64,000 bases of DNA. It comes from a virus. Its lineage: Duplodnaviria > Caudoviricetes. The translations under genes were made by a program, and so were the position numbers. The stretch is from the IMG/VR virus record IMGVR_UViG_2684623237_000002, positions 1-64,000 of that record; one strand, written 5' to 3'. Shown here one piece after another: positions 29,234-35,600 of the stretch (positions are counted from its first letter, which is position 1; each line of letters begins with the position of its first letter). The notes under the pieces are model-generated. The model ran no database searches, was not told where the DNA came from, and saw only the letters and a program-made list of their open reading frames with translations.

Positions 29234-29700
29234 CCGACAAAATCAGCGTCAACTGCCAGGCCAAGCTCTCCGAAGTCATCACCAAAATCAGCGCCATGTA
29301 CAAAGACAAGAAGTATGTCGTCGTGACCCTGCGCGCGGGCAAGGACCGCACGCTTGACCAAAATCGGTTGTGGTTCGGGATGTACAAACGCATCGCCGAA
29401 ATGACCCAGATCGGTGACGCGGCTGACGCCCGGCGCTACTGCAAGCTGCACTTTGGCGTGCAAATCCTGCTGAACGAGGATGCCGGGTTCCAGGCGGAGT
29501 GGTATCGCGTCATGCGCCATCTGCCCTACGAAACAAAACTGGCCATGATGGGGGAGTGCCATTTGTTCGGGCCTGACGGCTTCCCGGTAACCAGCCTGTT
29601 CAATCGCGCCCAGGGCATCAATTACACCGACCGCATCGCCGCCTATTTCACGGGCCAAGGTGTGGTTTTCACTGATCTACTCAGCAAGGAGGCTGCATGA
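29230..29700 (+). CDS. NinB-like protein
   Basis: RTLDQNRLW motif. Confidence 0.6.
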   Translation: MTDKISVNCQAKLSEVITKISAMYKDKKYVVVTLRAGKDRTLDQNRLWFGMYKRIAEMTQIGDAADARRYCKLHFGVQILLNEDAGFQAEWYRVMRHLPYETKLAMMGECHLFGPDGFPVTSLFNRAQGINYTDRIAAYFTGQGVVFTDLLSKEAA

Positions 29701-30287
29701 TCGCCAAGCAACCCAAACCGAAGAAGTGCAAGAACCCGGCATGCGGCATCAGCTTTCCGCCGCAGCGCCTGGGCCAGGCCGTATGCAGCCCGAAGTGCGG
29801 CCTCGCTATCAAGGACGTGAACCAGGCGAAGGCGCGCAAGTCGCTGGCCCAGGTCGAGCGTCGCGAGATCAAGGTTCGCAAGGAGAAGCTGAAGAGCCGC
29901 GGCGAACACATGCGTGAGGCTCAGCAGGCGTTCAACGAGTACGTCCGCACCCGGGACCAGGCCGCCGGCCACCTCTGCATCTCCAGCGGCAAGCCTTTGG
30001 ACTGGAGCGGTAACGCAGTCGATGCCGGCCACTATCGCAGCGTTGGCTCCGCGCCACACCTGCGCTTCGATGAGCGCAACTGCCACGCCCAGAGCAAGCA
30101 GGACAACCGGTTCCTTTCCGGCAACGCGGTGGACTACCGGATCGGTCTGATCGCGCGCATCGGCCAGGAGGCCGTCGACGCCCTGGAAGCTGACCAGAGC
30201 GTGCGCAAGTACTCCGTGGAGCAGATCAAGGGCATCAAGGCCTACTACAGGGCAAAAACCAGAGAACTGAAGAGGGCTGCAGCATGA
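29697..30287 (+). CDS. ninG: NinG/Rap-family endonuclease
   Basis: AQQAFNEYVRTRD...DAGHYRSVGSAPHLRFDERNCHAQ. Confidence 0.9.
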   Translation: MIAKQPKPKKCKNPACGISFPPQRLGQAVCSPKCGLAIKDVNQAKARKSLAQVERREIKVRKEKLKSRGEHMREAQQAFNEYVRTRDQAAGHLCISSGKPLDWSGNAVDAGHYRSVGSAPHLRFDERNCHAQSKQDNRFLSGNAVDYRIGLIARIGQEAVDALEADQSVRKYSVEQIKGIKAYYRAKTRELKRAAA

Positions 30288-30829
30288 CCTATCGCAACGT
30301 TGTTTCAGCAGTAGTTCGGGCGCTCGCGGCCGAGACCATCAGTTCCGCCGGCGGCTGCGACTTTGAGCCGAAGGTGCAGTGCGCCAAACAGAAGGGGGAG
30401 ATAGTCGGAAAGGAGGCGGCGTTTCTCCAGGACTGCTGGGTGTTCGGTCGGCTGCACAAGGCGCTCACCCCGGCACACTGGCGCGCGCTGGTGGCGAAAT
30501 ACTCGACGCACCAGGAACGAAAGCATGGCGCCATTTTGGAGCTCCTGAATTCGGTGAAGACCCCGGCGCCGAAGCGCTTCCGGGAATGCGCGGTGCTGAC
30601 CTGGGCCATTCCGCAAGTTGCCGGTGCCGACGGCAAGCGTTCTGCCGCTGTGCTGCCGGCCGCCTGGTACGACATCACAAATTGGGATAACGACGGTAAG
30701 CCTGAATCTACTCGGTACCGGTGGCGCTCGACGATCCGTAAGACACTGGATGACCAGGTGAACGAGGCGCTCACTGCCGCTCAGGAACTGCTTGATGCAG
30801 AGGGATTAATCGAAAGTTGTGTGGCGTAG
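30284..30829 (+). CDS. Putative late-gene regulator (Q position)
   Basis: Last early gene, followed by a promoter-like region and a terminator. Confidence 0.55.
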   Translation: MTYRNVVSAVVRALAAETISSAGGCDFEPKVQCAKQKGEIVGKEAAFLQDCWVFGRLHKALTPAHWRALVAKYSTHQERKHGAILELLNSVKTPAPKRFRECAVLTWAIPQVAGADGKRSAAVLPAAWYDITNWDNDGKPESTRYRWRSTIRKTLDDQVNEALTAAQELLDAEGLIESCVA

Positions 30830-30909
30830 TAAAAAGCCGTTGCAATGAGTGAGAAAGTGAGAGAGTATTTACCCATCCTATCGATCTTGCGCGTTAGGGG
30901 TTCACACTG

Positions 30910-30940
30910 AAAAGCCCGGCTTATATGTCGGGCTTTTTAT
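30910..30940 (+). terminator. Rho-independent terminator (tR'-like)
   Basis: AAAGCCCGGC...GTCGGGCTTTTT. Confidence 0.75.
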
Positions 30941-30999
30941 TGCGCTCAGTTTGTGCAAGGTCGAAAATAGAGCTTCCGACTATAAACTGGGAGAGCGTC

Positions 31000-31233
31000 A
31001 TGGTTTTGCGTGGCATGGCACAGATGCATGTCGACGACTTGGCGGAACGGTTCAAGAAGTTGGTTGTAGGGCAGGCTGGCAACGCGGATATTCAGTTAGC
31101 GTGGGTTGTTTTTTATCAGGGCAGAATGTTCGGAGCTTATTCAACGGCCGAGCTTGCACTGAAGAAAATAACGGACATTGAGCACTGCATCAGCATCGAC
31201 GAGGCCCCAGTCCCTCAAACTTCAAGCGACTAA
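31000..31233 (+). CDS. Small hypothetical cargo protein
   Basis: GGGAG SD; flanked by terminators. Confidence 0.5.
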   Translation: MVLRGMAQMHVDDLAERFKKLVVGQAGNADIQLAWVVFYQGRMFGAYSTAELALKKITDIEHCISIDEAPVPQTSSD

Positions 31234-31244
31234 ATTTTTTATGA

Positions 31245-31270
31245 AGCCCCGCCTAGAGCGGGGTTTTTTA
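31245..31270 (+). terminator. Rho-independent terminator
   Basis: GCCCCGC-CTAGA-GCGGGGT followed by a T-run. Confidence 0.75.
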
Positions 31271-31310
31271 TTGCCCACGGAAAGGGCGATTCAGCAAAAG
31301 GAATTTGCAG

Positions 31311-31517
31311 ATGTTGAAAGAATTCAGATGCGGTAACTGCAAAAGACTACTCGCCCGTACGGGTGGGTTTACAGAGCTCCAGATCAAATGTTCCCGATGT
31401 GGGACGCTGAATCATGTGAAGGCCACGAGCCTCGAGCAATCGCCTTTGAGCGACACGAACGCGGGATCTTCCGCAATCATTTGTCCGACTCAAAAGGTGA
31501 ATACATGTCTTACCTGA
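31311..31517 (+). CDS. Com-family Zn-finger translational regulator
   Basis: RCGNCKRLLA...IKCSRCGTLN, as in Mu Com. Confidence 0.85.
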   Translation: MLKEFRCGNCKRLLARTGGFTELQIKCSRCGTLNHVKATSLEQSPLSDTNAGSSAIICPTQKVNTCLT

Positions 31518-32374
31518 CCCCCTTCACAGCCAATGGCAGCTCCGTGCTCCCGCCGCGAAACCTCATGAGCGCTGGCCAGTTTCTGCAGTCTCCGAATAAG
31601 CGCTTCCGGCTGATCTATCAACCAGATGAGAATCTGGCGCTATACGATGGCGATACAGCTGTGTGGATTGCAGACTCAAATAGTGCGTACGCAACCCAGA
31701 TGATCTACCAATGGAAAGCCGTATCCACACCCCAGGTTTTCATGAACTACAGCCTGGTGCTGAACGACTTTAGTCGTCAGCGTATTTGGCAGACAAAAAA
31801 CAGCGACGTACCGGGCGGCGATAAGTATTTCGATACTCTTGCACAGCGAACTCATCTTCAGCTGCAGGACGACGGCAATATGGTGATCGTTGAGTTGGCT
31901 CCGCTTTGGACCACCTCAGGCCTTCCCATTGTTTACGATCAACCGTCATACATCTTCCCACCCAACACTTCCCTTGAGGTAGGTAAGATCTACAGCGTTG
32001 GTAGCTTTGGAGTGGTGTTCCAGGGTGACGGAAACTTGGTTGTCTACGGTCCTGGCAGCTCTGTTGTTTGGGCGAGTTACACCCAGGGTAAGGGCGCTAC
32101 CAGTTGCGTGTTCCAGGGTGACGGCAACCTCGTGATTTACAACGCTGCCGGTGTTGCGCTGTGGCATACCCATACAGGTGGTAACCCAGATGCGGTTCTG
32201 AGCCTTCAGGCAAACGGCCGGCTCACCATCACTCAGGCGCGTCCCGCTTGGGCTCGATTTGGCTACACGCCGACGATCCGCGCTCGCAAAGTGTACTACC
32301 CGAACAACGCTGATCCGGAGCAAAACAGCACCAGTCCGTACCCGACTTATGGCCATATCGGCTATGAGTTCTAA
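31505..32374 (+). CDS. llpA: Lectin-like bacteriocin (LlpA/putidacin L1 family)
   Basis: Tandem MMBL domains with QDDGNMVI, QGDGNLVVY, QGDGNLVIY; C-terminal WARFGYTP. Confidence 0.9.
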   Translation: MSYLTPFTANGSSVLPPRNLMSAGQFLQSPNKRFRLIYQPDENLALYDGDTAVWIADSNSAYATQMIYQWKAVSTPQVFMNYSLVLNDFSRQRIWQTKNSDVPGGDKYFDTLAQRTHLQLQDDGNMVIVELAPLWTTSGLPIVYDQPSYIFPPNTSLEVGKIYSVGSFGVVFQGDGNLVVYGPGSSVVWASYTQGKGATSCVFQGDGNLVIYNAAGVALWHTHTGGNPDAVLSLQANGRLTITQARPAWARFGYTPTIRARKVYYPNNADPEQNSTSPYPTYGHIGYEF

Positions 32375-32517
32375 ACACTGACGGATGTGCCCATTCAGGC
32401 CCGCGGCATTGTAGTGGGCCTAGTTACAAGAAGGTCGAGAACCTCACCTCATCGCCTCTGAGCGACATGAAAGCGGAAATCTTCCGCGATAAATCATTCG
32501 ACTCAATAGGTGAAAAA

Positions 32518-32850
32518 ATGGCTGTACGTACCCTCGGTAAATATTTCAAAAATACATCCTTCAATGGCAATGCAATCTCAATCGCTACCTTGATTGCCCC
32601 TGAAGATAACCTGCACGGTGTCATCCTGCGATCCAAGACAGGTGGTGCTGATACCAGTTACGGCAAGAAGGCTCCGCCACCAGGTAACCGCTTCGATGTC
32701 AGCCTGATCCAAATTCCAAGCGTCATGCTTTCCTATAACGATGTCCTGATTCCGGCAGGTAATGGGTTGTTCATGAACCTTTCGGCTGATTACACCATCA
32801 ACATCGCAATGTCCTGGGACGTACTCAACGCCGATGGCACTGTTGCGTAA
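32518..32850 (+). CDS. Hypothetical protein behind the duplicated leader
   Basis: AGGTGA SD before ATG32518. Confidence 0.7.
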   Translation: MAVRTLGKYFKNTSFNGNAISIATLIAPEDNLHGVILRSKTGGADTSYGKKAPPPGNRFDVSLIQIPSVMLSYNDVLIPAGNGLFMNLSADYTINIAMSWDVLNADGTVA

Positions 32851-32929
32851 GTCACGCTGAAGGATGGAGCCCCGGGTAAGAAGGGGGCTCTCAAGCAACG
32901 CCGCGTGGCTGAGATCACGCAACTATTCA

Positions 32930-32956
32930 AGGCCCCTCCATTGTGCGGGGCTTTTT
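32930..32956 (+). terminator. Rho-independent terminator
   Basis: GGCCCC...GGGGCTTTTT. Confidence 0.6.
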
Positions 32957-33043
32957 CGTATTCGGCCCCACCACATCCATCGCTCTGAGCTGGGAGTGCC
33001 ACTGGGGCTGACCTCTTCAAACATGCCCCACGGAGTCGAGCGC

Positions 33044-33382
33044 ATGGAGTATCTACAGCGCCTGCTCGACAAGATCGACAGGTTCGAATTACTGATTGCG
33101 GGCCTCGTCGGCGCCGTGATCGCCAGCTGGTGGCACAAGGACGACTTGAACGACTGGCGTGCCTGGATGATCTTCCTCATCACCGGCATGGCCTGCTCGA
33201 TCTACCTGACGAGCATGGTCAGCACCTACCTGGGTGTGACGGAGCCGAAGATCGTCGCCGGCATCGGCTTCCTGCTGGGTGCATTCGGCGGTTCGCTCCT
33301 GGCGGCCATCAATCGAGCCATCAAATCCGCTGACCTCTGGGCGCTCATTCGCCAGCGGTTCGGGGGAGGCAATCCACCATGA
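33044..33382 (+). CDS. Holin
   Basis: Three TM segments, about 112 aa, charged C-terminus. Confidence 0.7.
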   Translation: MEYLQRLLDKIDRFELLIAGLVGAVIASWWHKDDLNDWRAWMIFLITGMACSIYLTSMVSTYLGVTEPKIVAGIGFLLGAFGGSLLAAINRAIKSADLWALIRQRFGGGNPP

Positions 33383-33723
33383 ATCTTGAACTGATCAACT
33401 CCATCGCCTGCGGCCTTATCGCGCTGTGGGCAGCCTGGTGCGTACTGAGCGGGAAGGTGAGGGACGGCATTCTGGGCAAGCTGATCTACTCGGCCATTGC
33501 CATCAGCGGTTTCGTCGTTATGGCGCGCAGCCAGAACATTTTCTTTGGCCCGAGCAGTGCCGGCCTGACCCTGCATGTGTCCCTGGCCCTGGCCGGAGCC
33601 CGCCATGTCTTCATGGTCACGTACTGGCAACGGGTGAAGGTCTGGCTGTGCCGGACGTTGAACTGCGAACACTGCCTGCACTGTGACAAAGCGCCTGGTG
33701 GTGTCGAGCGGCGGGGCAAGTAG
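33379..33723 (+). CDS. Holin-associated membrane protein
   Basis: Three TM segments; ATGA overlap; Cys-rich tail. Confidence 0.65.
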   Translation: MNLELINSIACGLIALWAAWCVLSGKVRDGILGKLIYSAIAISGFVVMARSQNIFFGPSSAGLTLHVSLALAGARHVFMVTYWQRVKVWLCRTLNCEHCLHCDKAPGGVERRGK

Positions 33724-33904
33724 TTCGCGCCACGTTTTCTAATGCGCCAAATCGTGGCGCGGCAGTGGAGCAGGGCATGACCGCCGGCAACATACCTTCG
33801 TCGATCCTGAGCGAGCCAGTGGTGCAGAGGATCATCGAGGAGCGGCTTCAGCGGATGACTGCGTGACGACTAAGCAGCCAGCTGGAAGACAAATATTGGC
33901 AGTA

Positions 33905-33933
33905 TTGAGCCTTAATGCCGGTTGTCATATGAT
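33905..33933 (+). promoter_or_regulatory. Sigma70 promoter of the fluoride cassette
   Basis: TTGAGC-17-TATGAT. Confidence 0.7.
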
Positions 33934-33940
33934 TCATCCA

Positions 33941-33988
33941 GGAGATGGCATTCCTCCTCATAACCGCCTTCTGGCTGATGATGCCTAC
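33941..33988 (+). ncRNA. Fluoride riboswitch (crcB motif)
   Basis: GGAGATGGCATTCCTCC...AACCGCC...GCTGATGATGCCTAC upstream of fluC. Confidence 0.93.
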
Positions 33989-34063
33989 GCAAACCCTATG
34001 GAGGGTGCGTAGGCCATCGCCTGTCTTTCCATAGGGATCCTCAGATCTCTTTGGAAGTCTCGA

Positions 34064-34441
34064 ATGTACAAGTCTCTCTTCGCGGTAATCATTGGTGGCA
34101 GCTTCGGCTGTGTGCTTCGGTGGGCGCTTGCCTTGAAGTTTAATGGTGCGTTCCCCAGCATGCCGCTGGGTACGCTCCTCGTTAACCTGATTGGCGGACT
34201 CATCATAGGGTGCGCCATGGCCTTCTTTATCAAGATGCCAGATCTCGATCCTGCGTGGCGATTGCTCGTTACCACGGGTTTCTGTGGCGGGCTGACTACG
34301 TTTTCAACGTTCTCCGCTGAAATCGTATTCATGCTGCAAGAAGGTAGATTCGGCTGGGCTGCTGCTACGGTGCTCACGCATGTCCTGGGGTCGTTGTTGA
34401 TGACCTTCATCGGCTTCGGGCTAGTGACGGCGCTGGATTAA
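34064..34441 (+). CDS. crcB: Fluoride channel Fluc/CrcB
   Basis: [23 protein letters not shown]. Confidence 0.96.
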   Translation: MYKSLFAVIIGGSFGCVLRWALALKFNGAFPSMPLGTLLVNLIGGLIIGCAMAFFIKMPDLDPAWRLLVTTGFCGGLTTFSTFSAEIVFMLQEGRFGWAAATVLTHVLGSLLMTFIGFGLVTALD

Positions 34442-34483
34442 CCCCTATAGCCGCTAGGCCTGGAAGTCTGCAAGGAGCATTCG

Positions 34484-35107
34484 ATGGAAAGGCCATACCC
34501 GCCCTCGTCACTACTTGAATTGGCCGAGATTTCCGACTTTGGTATCCGGTTGACCCCGGCGCCGGAGGTGTGGGAGTGGCTCCAAGCCGAGATACTCGCC
34601 GACACCGGCAGCATTCACAACGAAGACCATGCCCACCTACTGGATGCAGACATCCGGGTTATGTGGGCCTCGTCTAGCTTCGAAAAGCAGGGCAGAACGG
34701 TCTTGGGCCAGGCCGAACAGGTAGCGTTCCGCGCCGGTGGCTGGCAGAAAGCACGGATGGAGCAACAGATGCGTGATTGGTTCGGCGATGTGCCGGCCTT
34801 CATCATCACGCTGGCTGCCGACTATTGCGCCCAGTGCAGCGACCTTGAGTTCTGCGCCCTGATCGAACACGAGCTGTACCACCTGGCTCACGCGACTGAC
34901 AAGTACGGTCAACCAGCATTCACCCAAGACGGTGCACCGAAGATCAAGCTGCAGGGCCACGACGTCGAAGAGTTCGTCGGTGTCGTCCGCCGCTACGGTG
35001 CAAGCCCTGACGTTCAAGCGTTGGTGGATGCTGCAAACAGTCCTGCTGAGGTGGGGAAATTGAACATTGCGAGGGCCTGCGGAACCTGTCTGCTCAGATC
35101 GGCCTGA
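34484..35107 (+). CDS. Phage putative metallopeptidase
   Basis: EHELYH, HDVEEF. Confidence 0.8.
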   Translation: MERPYPPSSLLELAEISDFGIRLTPAPEVWEWLQAEILADTGSIHNEDHAHLLDADIRVMWASSSFEKQGRTVLGQAEQVAFRAGGWQKARMEQQMRDWFGDVPAFIITLAADYCAQCSDLEFCALIEHELYHLAHATDKYGQPAFTQDGAPKIKLQGHDVEEFVGVVRRYGASPDVQALVDAANSPAEVGKLNIARACGTCLLRSA

Positions 35108-35138
35108 CCCCTGACAGACCTAAGACGGAATTTACCCT

Positions 35139-35600
35139 ATGGCAGCCCTGAACAGTGAGGTGAAAGGCTTCATGGTTCAGGCCTTGGCGTGCTTCGACAC
35201 ACCTTCCCAGGTTGCAGCGGCTGTCCGAGAGGAATTCGGCATTGAGGTGACCCGTCAGCAGTGCGAGGCGCAAGACCCGACCAAGCGCGCCGGCCGAGAT
35301 CTGGCAAAGAAGTGGGTGACCCTTTTCCACGACACCCGTAAGCGGTTCCGTGAAGAGACAGCTGACATCCCGATCGCCAACCGCGCCTTCCGCCTCCGCG
35401 CCATGAATCGCTTCGTGGAGAAGGCCGAGACGATGAAGAACATCGGTCTGGCCATGCAGATCCTCGAACAGGCCGCGAAAGAAACCGGTGACATCTACGT
35501 CAACCGGGCACGGAAAGAAGAGGCTGGCGATGAACCGGTGATCCCGACCCGCATTCAGGTCGACGTGGTGGATGCGAGGAAGCCGAATGCCGAGCCTTAA
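35139..35600 (+). CDS. Terminase small subunit (DUF2280-like)
   Basis: VQALACFDTPSQV...QAAKE; precedes terL. Confidence 0.8.
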   Translation: MAALNSEVKGFMVQALACFDTPSQVAAAVREEFGIEVTRQQCEAQDPTKRAGRDLAKKWVTLFHDTRKRFREETADIPIANRAFRLRAMNRFVEKAETMKNIGLAMQILEQAAKETGDIYVNRARKEEAGDEPVIPTRIQVDVVDARKPNAEP

